From the IMG/VR virus record IMGVR_UViG_3300024344_003081: 64,000 bases of DNA. The stretch is one strand, 5' to 3'. Position numbers and translations under genes: made by a program. Every line of letters starts with the position of its first letter. Position 1 is the first letter of the stretch. Shown piece by piece: positions 9,705 through 19,083 of this stretch. This stretch comes from a virus. Taxonomy: Duplodnaviria > Caudoviricetes. The notes below the pieces were generated by a model, which ran no database searches, was not told the origin of the DNA, and was given only the letters and a program-made list of their open reading frames with translations.

Positions 9705-10436
9705 ATGGCTGAAGAACATGAATTGATTAAAAAACACGCTAATGAAGCAATACAAGCATTAGTTCCATTATTAGATAATGAAAAAACACGCCATATAGGT
9801 CATGTATTATTAAAAGCAATTGACTTGGGTTTAGGTATGTTGTCAGCAGATGCTAAAGGAGAGTCTAGTGGAGCGAACAATCAAATAAGAGTAAGTGGGG
9901 CTTCTCCTCCAGGAACCGTTCCTCAAAATTTTCAGAAAGATATAGAGCAAGAAAATAAGGTACAGGGATTAGTAGATGAAACATTAAAGGAATTAGAAAT
10001 GATGGATAATCATGAATCTAATCCTGTAACTACAGACAAAGATGGTAATGAAATAGAATATGTAAAAGGAATGCTTTGTAATTGTCAATTTGCTTCTGAA
10101 TTTCACAAATACTGTGATAATCAATGTAAAGAGACTTTGATTAAAGCAGAAGGAAATCCAAAAGAATATATTAAATTTATTGATAAAGAAAGAAAAGAAC
10201 AAGATACTAAATCTCTTGATGAGGCAATGGATGAGGTTACAGGCTTTATTGATACAGAATTGGGTATTGGAGTTTCTCCTAGACCAAAACCACAACAATC
10301 ACAGCAACAAGCTCCTCAAAATGATGTACAGCAAGAAACTCCTTTAAATGAAGAAAACAAGCAATTTGCGTTAGATCCTAGTCAACCTGTTATTATGCCT
10401 GGTGAACCAACTGGACTTGAAAATGACAGTAGTTAA
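9705..10436 (+). CDS. Hypothetical acidic protein with CNC...C..QC motif
   Basis: SD AGGAGA precedes ATG 9705 (track start 9690 is TTG). Confidence 0.7.
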   Translation: MAEEHELIKKHANEAIQALVPLLDNEKTRHIGHVLLKAIDLGLGMLSADAKGESSGANNQIRVSGASPPGTVPQNFQKDIEQENKVQGLVDETLKELEMMDNHESNPVTTDKDGNEIEYVKGMLCNCQFASEFHKYCDNQCKETLIKAEGNPKEYIKFIDKERKEQDTKSLDEAMDEVTGFIDTELGIGVSPRPKPQQSQQQAPQNDVQQETPLNEENKQFALDPSQPVIMPGEPTGLENDSS

Positions 10437-10677
10437 TTTATCCTCTATTAATATTATTGCAGTTCTTACTAAGATAAAAAAATTAGAAGAAAGTAATATT
10501 TCAAATAAATATTCTCGTATAGTTGATTTATTAGATTCTACAAAATCAAGATTTGATGTTTCTCTTGATTCATATAAAAATGTGGAATTATTAGCAGATC
10601 ATATAGAATTTTCAACAACGGGCTTAATTCTTTGGCAAAGAATGAGAGATAAATATAACGACTTAGCGGACAAATGA
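10423..10677 (+). CDS. Hypothetical protein (~84 aa)
   Basis: ATG 10423; ATGA overlap with the next gene. Confidence 0.55.
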   Translation: MTVVNLSSINIIAVLTKIKKLEESNISNKYSRIVDLLDSTKSRFDVSLDSYKNVELLADHIEFSTTGLILWQRMRDKYNDLADK

Positions 10678-11657
10678 TGGCATTCAATGATATACCTGGA
10701 AATTCAACATGGAAAACTGTAAAATGTGATAACGAAATTGTTTCACTTGCTAATGGAAGTGAGCCTGATAAATTTGATCAAATTTTAGATTTATTAAAAT
10801 TAAATAAACAATATTATTTAGAAAATGGAACTACAGAAAACGAATGGCTTGATCGAGTTTCGGGCTTTGCTTGTCAGAGACCATATGTATCAACAACGAA
10901 TGAAGAACGATCTAAAGGAGAAGAATTGGGATTTTATGAAGATTTAGGTAGCCCTGATTGGGAGGCTTCTCAGAATGATTCCAAGATTACTGACCTTGCT
11001 AATGGAAGCGAATCCGATAAATATGATCAAATTTTAAATATATTAAAAACAAATAAAGAATATTATTTAAAAACTGCAGTAACCGAAGATCAATGGACTG
11101 ATAGAGTTTTATATTTTGCATATCAAAGAGGATCTGATGTTAGTGGTGATCCATTTATTGTAGATGATGCACCAGTATTACCTCTTGACTATATGGATTC
11201 TAAAGATATATCATGGTTTAATAGTGATATGAGATGGGAAATCGCAATGAAAATTTTAATTAATGCAATTGATGAAAAAGGAAAAACTTGGTATACAACT
11301 GAAACTGCTCAAACTCCTGATGGTAATATAGCTGGACCAAATGATTCTCAAATTTCTAGTTTAAGTTGGTTGCCATCAAATTGTATATCATTACATAATA
11401 AACTTATAAGTTCTACTTATTCTAAGTTCATATATATTATCAAGTTAAGTAATGTTCATTTGAGATATTCTGAACCATCAAAAATATTTGATGAAATTGA
11501 TACCGAAAACACTACTGCCATTTCAAATCTCAATACATCTCAATTGACAGATTTATTAGCATATGTTAGAGAAGCATATGTAAGTCGTCCAGACGATAAA
11601 ACAAATGAAAATTTTGAAGCCGCATGTGAAATGCTAGAGTTTGATATGGCACAATAA
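10674..11657 (+). CDS. Hypothetical protein with internal tandem duplication of a ~50-aa domain
   Basis: LANGSEPDKFDQILDLLKLNKQYYLE...EWLDRV and LANGSESDKYDQILNILKTNKEYYLK...QWTDRV. Confidence 0.72.
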   Translation: MMAFNDIPGNSTWKTVKCDNEIVSLANGSEPDKFDQILDLLKLNKQYYLENGTTENEWLDRVSGFACQRPYVSTTNEERSKGEELGFYEDLGSPDWEASQNDSKITDLANGSESDKYDQILNILKTNKEYYLKTAVTEDQWTDRVLYFAYQRGSDVSGDPFIVDDAPVLPLDYMDSKDISWFNSDMRWEIAMKILINAIDEKGKTWYTTETAQTPDGNIAGPNDSQISSLSWLPSNCISLHNKLISSTYSKFIYIIKLSNVHLRYSEPSKIFDEIDTENTTAISNLNTSQLTDLLAYVREAYVSRPDDKTNENFEAACEMLEFDMAQ

Positions 11658-11673
11658 TATATTGAGGAATATA

Positions 11674-12057
11674 ATGGTTACTAGAGAAGAAATTGAACAA
11701 AAGTGTAAAGACGCTTTTGATGAAGCAGGCATGGGCCTTTCCTTCCCAGAAATTACACCAGAAAAAAATATAGCACAGGATCTTGATATTGATTCAATTC
11801 ATATTTTAGAGACTATGATTCTTATTGAAGATGAATTTGATATTATGTTAGATGCTGAAGAATTTCAAAAAGCAACTACTGTAAGGGATCTTTATGATTT
11901 AGTTGAAGTAAAAATAAAACAAGGAGCTAAAATTAAAGAACTTGAAAAAGAAGCAGGCGATGATGAAAAAGCTAGAAACAGATTATTAGAACAACTAAAG
12001 AAAGATAAAGAAGCAGGTACAGGGGTTTATGAAATGAGCCAATATGAGAAAAAGTAA
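11674..12057 (+). CDS. acpP: Acyl carrier protein with charged C-terminal extension
   Basis: DLDIDSIHILETMILIEDEFDI matches the ACP helix II motif with the phosphopantetheine Ser in DS; SD GAGGA before ATG 11674. Confidence 0.88.
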   Translation: MVTREEIEQKCKDAFDEAGMGLSFPEITPEKNIAQDLDIDSIHILETMILIEDEFDIMLDAEEFQKATTVRDLYDLVEVKIKQGAKIKELEKEAGDDEKARNRLLEQLKKDKEAGTGVYEMSQYEKK

Positions 12058-13168
12058 AATATCAGGACTTGGTGACTATGGTGTATTTATAGATGATGTA
12101 TCATTAGCAGAAATGTCTGATAATGATTGGATGCAATTAGGAAAAGAACATCTTACAGATTTAGTTACAATTATTAGAAATGTAGATATTCAACCATCTG
12201 AATTTGAACGTAAGATGTATTTATGGGGCGCCCCATATGTTATAGATGGATATCGTATTAAGAAAAAATATGAAAAAAAATTAGGAATATCTAATTTATA
12301 TACATTATTCAAACGTGATCTTTTAGAAGAAGAAGATCGCCGACATGCAGAAAATTTAACGTGGTATATTGCGGCAGGGGATAATTTTACAGAAGAAGAG
12401 GTTCCTGCTGATTCTCATTTAATTCGTATAACTGGTATGAAAGAGAATGGGAGAAGTATGGGAATGTTTGCTGAAGGAGAATTGGGCTGGCATTCTAATG
12501 AAGCGGGTTCGCTTTGCTTTACTCCTGGTGTTGCACTCATGGGCATAAAAGGAATGGTGGGGTCTTCAACAGGATTTGTTTGTTCTGCAACTTGGTACGA
12601 AAAGCAAAGAGATTCTTTTAAAAGAGAATTAGATGATATGACTGTTATTTTTAAATATCAAAATTATGAAACTGCTCCTGAATTAAATAAAGATCAAGAT
12701 GATTCATTTCGTTGGAATCAAACGTTTGAACCGATTGAACTTCCACTGGTTATTACAACCCCTGGAGGAATAAAAGGTCTGCATTATTCTCCTGGTACAG
12801 TAGAGAGAACTAAATTTTTAGATGATTTAGACAAAGAATTATTTGTAGATGAATATACTTATCATCACAAGTATGAAAGAAATAATGATATATTACTTTT
12901 TGATAATTGTATTACTTTGCATAATAGACAAGGATCCCCCATTGAACGAGTGGCTTATCGAGAACCATGTGATTATGCTCAGTTAATTCCTGATGGATAT
13001 AATTATTATTCCCAAGAGCCTTATAAAACACAATTTGAAGAAATGAGAAAAGACATACAGGAAACTCTTGGTGTTAAATCTATAGCTGAACAGAATATGG
13101 TTTTTAAAAAATATATTCAACCAAAATTCCCCAAAAGAGAATGGAAAAACAATGATCTAGTGAGGTAA
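12044..13168 (+). CDS. TauD/TfdA-family Fe(II)/2-oxoglutarate dioxygenase-like protein
   Basis: GELGWHSNE (WHxD-like) and ILLFDNCITLHNR (W/FDNxxxxHxR) motifs. Confidence 0.78.
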   Translation: MRKSKISGLGDYGVFIDDVSLAEMSDNDWMQLGKEHLTDLVTIIRNVDIQPSEFERKMYLWGAPYVIDGYRIKKKYEKKLGISNLYTLFKRDLLEEEDRRHAENLTWYIAAGDNFTEEEVPADSHLIRITGMKENGRSMGMFAEGELGWHSNEAGSLCFTPGVALMGIKGMVGSSTGFVCSATWYEKQRDSFKRELDDMTVIFKYQNYETAPELNKDQDDSFRWNQTFEPIELPLVITTPGGIKGLHYSPGTVERTKFLDDLDKELFVDEYTYHHKYERNNDILLFDNCITLHNRQGSPIERVAYREPCDYAQLIPDGYNYYSQEPYKTQFEEMRKDIQETLGVKSIAEQNMVFKKYIQPKFPKREWKNNDLVR

Positions 13169-13169
13169 A

Positions 13170-13787
13170 ATGAAAAAAATGATGATAACAGGTGTGAGTT
13201 CTGGTTTAGGAAAAGCACTTTTTGAATATTATGATGGAAAATATATTCAAAAATATAAAGATGTAATAGAAGTTGAAGGTCACAGTAGAAGATATAATCA
13301 ACATGATATTCAAGACATTAAAGATTGGTTTGATCCTGAAGCAGATATTTTTATCAATAATGCATATAGTGATCTGAGATGGTGGACTCAAACGAATGCA
13401 TTATTATATTCTTTTTCAGTTTGGGCAGATAAACCCGATAAACATATTGTGTCTATAAGTTCAATTGCACAGGAAAAAGATACTGATGGATGGCCTATTG
13501 GTCATAGTAGATATTCAGTAGGAAAAATTTCTCTTGATAAAATGAATTTAGACTGTCATGAAAAAGTAGCAAAAAAACATGGATGTAAAGTTTCTAATTT
13601 AAGACTTGGTTGGGTAGAAACACCTAGAACAACAAGAATAAGTACTGTAGTAAGTCGTTTATATGATGTTGATCCTGTTAAGCAAACAACTGGAACAATG
13701 TTGAGTACAGATGAATGTATAGATGCTATAGACTTTATGTTAAATCATAGTGGAAGAGTAAGAGAAATGACATTGGAGGCAAAATGA
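13170..13787 (+). CDS. Short-chain dehydrogenase/reductase (SDR)
   Basis: ITGVSSGLG Rossmann motif, INNA, YSVGK (YxxxK). Confidence 0.88.
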   Translation: MKKMMITGVSSGLGKALFEYYDGKYIQKYKDVIEVEGHSRRYNQHDIQDIKDWFDPEADIFINNAYSDLRWWTQTNALLYSFSVWADKPDKHIVSISSIAQEKDTDGWPIGHSRYSVGKISLDKMNLDCHEKVAKKHGCKVSNLRLGWVETPRTTRISTVVSRLYDVDPVKQTTGTMLSTDECIDAIDFMLNHSGRVREMTLEAK

Positions 13788-14812
13788 GCAAGGTGTTACA
13801 AATAGCAACTAGACATCCTGAAAATGAACATCATAATAAAGATTTTGCCGCAGAATTAAAATTATGGTGGGAAGAAAAAGGATATTCGGGTAGAGTTTTT
13901 GATAGATATCTTCCATTAACGGGTGTTGAAACTCGATATGCTTGTTATAATCGAGAGGAGATGAGAGAAAAATCTCAAACGTTTACTCAAAAAAATAAAA
14001 CATTTAATGAAGTTGCTATAAAATTATCATTAGAATGTGTAAAGGAATTGGAATTTAATCCACAAGATGTTTGTATGTTAACATCAACTACTATGACAGG
14101 TGTTGGTATTCCTACGATTCCCCATACAATATTAAAAGAATTTAATTTTCCAGAATCAATGATTAAAATACCCATGTTTGGTCTAGCATGTAATGGAGGC
14201 ACTCATATTTTAGGAATAGCAAATGAATATTTAAAAGGTAATCCAGACAAGTTAGTTATAGCAATGACTAACGATTTATGTTCAATGAATTTGTGTCCTG
14301 AACATGCTACATTAACAACTGTTTTTGGATCTGTAATATTTGGTGATGGAATTAGTGCTATTTTAATTGCAGGAGATAATTATAATGATGCACCAGGATG
14401 GAAATTACATAAACATGTGTCATATGTTTTACCAGATACAGAAGATTATATTACTCTTCAAGGATTAAGTGAAGGATTATTATATCATGTAGAATCAACT
14501 AAATTGCAAGAAATACCAAAAGCATCTGCGGCATTTAATGATAAAATTAAAGAATTTATTGAAGGTCATACTATTAATAATTGGATATGTCATCCAGGAG
14601 GAAAAATTGTTTTAGAAAATACTGTAAAGGGGCTTAATTTACCTGAAGGTGCTTTGGATTCATCTTTTGAATTATTTCGAAATTTTGGAAATATGTCTGC
14701 AACTTCAGTAATAAAAACTTTACAGCATGATTTTGATAAAGATGGCAAAACAGTTATGATTTCTTATGGGCCAGGTTTTCAGGTTGATGTTATATTATTA
14801 GAAAAAATATGA
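13784..14812 (+). CDS. Type III polyketide synthase (chalcone/alkylresorcinol synthase family)
   Basis: Cys-His-Asn triad contexts GLACNGG, WICHPGGK.VL, FGNMSATSV; also FGDG and SYGPGF. Confidence 0.92.
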   Translation: MSKVLQIATRHPENEHHNKDFAAELKLWWEEKGYSGRVFDRYLPLTGVETRYACYNREEMREKSQTFTQKNKTFNEVAIKLSLECVKELEFNPQDVCMLTSTTMTGVGIPTIPHTILKEFNFPESMIKIPMFGLACNGGTHILGIANEYLKGNPDKLVIAMTNDLCSMNLCPEHATLTTVFGSVIFGDGISAILIAGDNYNDAPGWKLHKHVSYVLPDTEDYITLQGLSEGLLYHVESTKLQEIPKASAAFNDKIKEFIEGHTINNWICHPGGKIVLENTVKGLNLPEGALDSSFELFRNFGNMSATSVIKTLQHDFDKDGKTVMISYGPGFQVDVILLEKI

Positions 14813-15237
14813 TTTGGGGAAAAGATAAACACGATATTCGTAATAGAATTTTGTCGATGACAATAGAAAATGGCTTGGGTATAGATTTACAAACAATAGA
14901 ACCCATTCAAAAAATATATGATAAATGGGGTGATAAATTTGTTAATAAAATATTAACAGATATAGAAAAGAAAAATGCACCAAATCCCATAACTGCAAAA
15001 TATTTAACAAAATGTTGGTGTGTTAAAGAAGCATTTTCAAAAGCAATTGCATCTCCATATTTGAGACTCGATGTTAGTTATACACATTTAAAAGCTAGAG
15101 GAGCAAGATTTCCTGTTGTTCATTGTGTTATGGAACCCAAAGATTGGAATTTGAAACGACAAGATATTAGACTTTCTTTATCTGATACAAAAGATTATGT
15201 GGTCGCAATAGTTATTACAGGAGTTAATCCTTTGTGA
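14809..15237 (+). CDS. acpS: Holo-ACP synthase (AcpS-type 4'-phosphopantetheinyl transferase)
   Basis: GLGIDL, W.VKEAFSKA, LSLSDTKDYVVAIV motifs; ~140 aa. Confidence 0.85.
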   Translation: MIWGKDKHDIRNRILSMTIENGLGIDLQTIEPIQKIYDKWGDKFVNKILTDIEKKNAPNPITAKYLTKCWCVKEAFSKAIASPYLRLDVSYTHLKARGARFPVVHCVMEPKDWNLKRQDIRLSLSDTKDYVVAIVITGVNPL

Positions 15238-15959
15238 TAAAAACCTTAGACTATACAATCCCTTCTGAATGGAATAATAAAAATATTATTTCTAGTTTTA
15301 TTGATTCGGGATTTTTAGTAATTAATCATCCCTTCATAGATATGAAAGAAGGTTTACTTTCTTTTAAAGAAAAACTTAAAATACAATTAAACGAATTAGA
15401 AGAAACTGAAGAGGGGTATAGAAAAATTATATTAAAAAATTGTGATAATATTAAACAAAGATTTTTAAAAGTGGGATGTGAAATTTTATATGTTATTGAA
15501 GAATTTTTAAATGTTCCTCCAAATTCTATTGCAATGAAACATGCTGATTCTGATAATGCTTTGAGATTGGTTAAATATTATAAAGATCAGAAAGGATCAA
15601 TAAGAGTAGGAGAACATTGTGATTTTGGTACTTTAACACTTGTTCATGTTTGTGATCCTGTAGAAGAATATGAAATATTTTATGATGATAAATGGAGAAC
15701 AATAAATCATCCTAGTGATGATTTTTTGATTGTGAATATAGGTGATTTTATGCAGATTTGGTCAGATAATAAATTAAAATCTACTCCGCATAGAATAACG
15801 AATAAAACAAAAAAAGAAAGACACAGTATGATTATGTTTATGGATGCTGGTAATCATACTATTAAAGGAATTGATCATGCTACTTGGAATAAAAAAAGAA
15901 TACAAATGGCTCATACAGGAGTAACATATTATCATGACAAAGGTATCGTACAAATATAA
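15234..15959 (+). CDS. Fe(II)/2OG dioxygenase, isopenicillin-N-synthase-like
   Basis: LRLVKY, GEHCDFGTLTL (HxD), VNIGDFMQIWS...STPHR, RHS (RxS). Confidence 0.9.
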   Translation: MIKTLDYTIPSEWNNKNIISSFIDSGFLVINHPFIDMKEGLLSFKEKLKIQLNELEETEEGYRKIILKNCDNIKQRFLKVGCEILYVIEEFLNVPPNSIAMKHADSDNALRLVKYYKDQKGSIRVGEHCDFGTLTLVHVCDPVEEYEIFYDDKWRTINHPSDDFLIVNIGDFMQIWSDNKLKSTPHRITNKTKKERHSMIMFMDAGNHTIKGIDHATWNKKRIQMAHTGVTYYHDKGIVQI

Positions 15960-16692
15960 AGTATGGTTTTTAATATTAATGAATCATGTTCTAATGATAA
16001 TAGGAATTTATTATGCTATAACAGAATCATCATATTATTTGTTTATTGTACTGTTTATTGGACTTTTATTGAGTAAGTTGGGTGGAGAAATAGGAACTCA
16101 TAGATATCTTTCTCACCGATCTTTTAAAACTGGACCCATAAGAAATTTTATATTGCAAATTATGGGATTAATAAATTGTAATGGTTCACCTATGACTTGG
16201 GCTATATTGCATAGATATCATCATATGAATGCAGATAAGCCAGAAGAACCCCATTCTCCAAATATAATACCATGGTGGAAGTGCTGGTTGACTTTGTGGA
16301 ATCCTATATCTCCTAATCCAAAAGAGTATATGGATTTATTGAAAGATCCATTAGTTAAAAACATACACAAATATTATTTTTATATGATAATATTGATGTT
16401 TGGAATATTATATTTGTTAGACTGGAGATTACTTGTATTTTTAGTTTGTATTCCTTCTGTAATAACCTTTCATGGATCAACTTTATTAATAAATACTATT
16501 TCTCATAAATGGGGATATCGTAATTTTGATACTGATGATAATAGTAGAAATAATACGTGGATTAATTTTTTAATATGGGGAGGGGGCTTACATAATAATC
16601 ATCACGCTTATCCTGAAAGATATAATGAAAAAGTAACAGATAACGAAAGGGATCCTTGTGGCTGGATTATTGAAAAATTTTTTAAAATATAG
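15934..16692 (+). CDS. Membrane fatty-acid desaturase (Delta9-like) paralogue 1
   Basis: His boxes HRYLSH, HRYHH, HNNHH; hydrophobic segments. Confidence 0.92.
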   Translation: MTKVSYKYKVWFLILMNHVLMIIGIYYAITESSYYLFIVLFIGLLLSKLGGEIGTHRYLSHRSFKTGPIRNFILQIMGLINCNGSPMTWAILHRYHHMNADKPEEPHSPNIIPWWKCWLTLWNPISPNPKEYMDLLKDPLVKNIHKYYFYMIILMFGILYLLDWRLLVFLVCIPSVITFHGSTLLINTISHKWGYRNFDTDDNSRNNTWINFLIWGGGLHNNHHAYPERYNEKVTDNERDPCGWIIEKFFKI

Positions 16693-17452
16693 TAGTACTT
16701 GGCATACTCATTTAGGATTTCAAATATTATTTCATATTGTAGCGGCATTAGGAATTGTCTATAGTTCTTGGCATTGGTTATGGTTAAGTCTTATTGGAGT
16801 AATATTATTTCGACATATAGGGGGTGAAATAGGCGCCCATAGATATTATGCTCATAGAAGTTTTGAAGCAAAACCTTGGGCTCAAAAATTAATGATTATA
16901 TGTGGACTTTTTTTATATCAAGGATCGCCATATTCTTTTATTCCAATTCATAGATTACATCATCAAAAATCAGATACAATTGATGATCCTCATTCTCCCC
17001 ATTTTTTAAATTTTGTAAATGTGTATTTTCCTAGTGCGAACCAGTATTATCGTGAACCCGTGGATAAATCATATTTTGCAGATTTAATTAAAGATCCCGT
17101 TTTACAATTTTTACATAGAAATTATTTAATTATAGTAACTATACCATTGATTATAACAGCATTAATAGATTGGAGAATACCTGTTTTTCTATTTGCTATT
17201 CCAGTTGTAATTACATTTCATTCTGCGGGATTGGGAAATACTATAGGTCATTTATATGGATATAGAAATTTTGAAACAACTGATAAAAGTCAAAATTCTA
17301 CATGGGTGAACATATTAACTTTAGGATCAGGATTACATAATAATCATCATGCATATCCTGAAAGATATAATTATAAAATGACAAATAAATGGTATGAAAG
17401 AGATGATTTAAATGTTTTTTTAATCGAAAAATTATTAATGGAGAAAAAATGA
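16658..17452 (+). CDS. Membrane fatty-acid desaturase paralogue 2
   Basis: HRYYAH, HRLHH, HNNHH; exact start uncertain (GTG 16658 or TTG 16670). Confidence 0.92.
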   Translation: MAGLLKNFLKYSSTWHTHLGFQILFHIVAALGIVYSSWHWLWLSLIGVILFRHIGGEIGAHRYYAHRSFEAKPWAQKLMIICGLFLYQGSPYSFIPIHRLHHQKSDTIDDPHSPHFLNFVNVYFPSANQYYREPVDKSYFADLIKDPVLQFLHRNYLIIVTIPLIITALIDWRIPVFLFAIPVVITFHSAGLGNTIGHLYGYRNFETTDKSQNSTWVNILTLGSGLHNNHHAYPERYNYKMTNKWYERDDLNVFLIEKLLMEKK

Positions 17453-18219
17453 AAATCATTTCAAAATATAATAATACCTGGATGGCATATTTTGGATTTC
17501 AAATTTTATTTCATATATTAACTGTTGTTGGATTGTTATATTCATCATGGCATTGGCTGTGGTTGTCTTTAGTGGGCATTATTTTTTTCAGACATATTGG
17601 TGTAGAAATTGGCGCCCATCGATATTTTGCACATAAAAGTTTTAAAGCAAAACCTTGGGCTAAAAAATTAATGGCCATTTGTGGACTTTTTGCATATGGA
17701 GGAACACACTATGCTTGGATTCCTTTTCATAGACTACATCATCAAAAATCAGACACTAAATTGGATCCCCATTCACCACATCACATGAGTTTCATAGATG
17801 TTTATTTTACTAACTGGCGAGTTGAAGTGTTAGATGTTAAATTGTATCAAGATTTAATAGAAGATAAATTTTTACAATTTTTACATAGAAATTATTTAAT
17901 TATAGTAACTACACCATTAATTTTATTTGCATTGATAGATTGGAGAATATCTGTTTTTCTATTTGCTATTCCAAGTGCATTTGCACTTCATTCTGGGGGG
18001 CTGGTAAATTCTATAGGGCATTTATATGGATATAGAAATTTTGATGATACAAACGATAAAAGTCGAAATTCTACATGGGTGAATATACTAACTTTAGGAG
18101 AAGGTCTGCAGAATAATCATCATGCACATCCTGAAAGATATAATTTTAAAATGTCTAATAGATGGTATGAGACAGATTTTTTGAACGTTTTTCTAATAGA
18201 AAAGTTTTTAAAGGCGTGA
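17449..18219 (+). CDS. Membrane fatty-acid desaturase paralogue 3
   Basis: HRYFAH, HRLHH, QNNHH. Confidence 0.9.
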   Translation: MKIISKYNNTWMAYFGFQILFHILTVVGLLYSSWHWLWLSLVGIIFFRHIGVEIGAHRYFAHKSFKAKPWAKKLMAICGLFAYGGTHYAWIPFHRLHHQKSDTKLDPHSPHHMSFIDVYFTNWRVEVLDVKLYQDLIEDKFLQFLHRNYLIIVTTPLILFALIDWRISVFLFAIPSAFALHSGGLVNSIGHLYGYRNFDDTNDKSRNSTWVNILTLGEGLQNNHHAHPERYNFKMSNRWYETDFLNVFLIEKFLKA

Positions 18220-19082
18220 TAATGTTTAAATATGAGATGACACGAAATGCAATTATTATTGGGATGATGATTCATTTATCTTTTCATGTTTTATTAGTAT
18301 ATGGAATAATAACTTTTTCTTTACATTGGTTGTGGTTAACATTAATAGGAACCATTTTAATTCGACATATAGGAACTGAAATAGGCGCTCACAGGTATTA
18401 TACTCATCAAAGTTTTAAAGCAAATCCGTGGGCACAGTGGCTTATGTCTATTTTATTTGTATGGAATTATGGAGGTAGTATGTTAGCATGGTGTCCTGGA
18501 CACAGTTATCATCATAGATTTTCTGATAGTAAACATGATATACAATCTCCACATTATATAAAAAAATTTAAAGATTTTGTTAGAGTTGTTTTTCCTGCAG
18601 TATTCGCATATGAAAAATTATATAACGATGAAATTGATAAAATGAGAATGAAAAGATACATGGAATGGTTTCATGAAAAGAGGGGTTTTATGGAATTAAT
18701 GAAGAATAAACCAGCGAGATTTACTCATAATTATTATTGGTTGATTGTATCTCTTCCAATTATAATTTTACCAATAATTGATATTCGTTTATTAATCTTT
18801 CTTATAGCAATACCATGTGTAATTAATTTTTGGTCTTTGGCTCTACTAAATTTTTTTGGACATATTTCTACTATTGGAAGTTATAAAAATTTCGAAACTG
18901 ATGAGTGGGGTAACAAGGAACGTTCAGTTAATACTCTATGGTTAAATATATTTACTGGGGGAATGGGACTACAAAATAATCACCATCATAATTCAAGAGC
19001 CTATAATTTTAAAATGAATGATAAATGGCATGAAACAGATTTTTTGAATGTATTTTTAATAGAAAAATTTTTAAAGGTTTAA
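18216..19082 (+). CDS. Membrane fatty-acid desaturase paralogue 4
   Basis: HRYYTH, HSYHH, QNNHH. Confidence 0.9.
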   Translation: MIMFKYEMTRNAIIIGMMIHLSFHVLLVYGIITFSLHWLWLTLIGTILIRHIGTEIGAHRYYTHQSFKANPWAQWLMSILFVWNYGGSMLAWCPGHSYHHRFSDSKHDIQSPHYIKKFKDFVRVVFPAVFAYEKLYNDEIDKMRMKRYMEWFHEKRGFMELMKNKPARFTHNYYWLIVSLPIIILPIIDIRLLIFLIAIPCVINFWSLALLNFFGHISTIGSYKNFETDEWGNKERSVNTLWLNIFTGGMGLQNNHHHNSRAYNFKMNDKWHETDFLNVFLIEKFLKV

Positions 19083-19083
19083 C

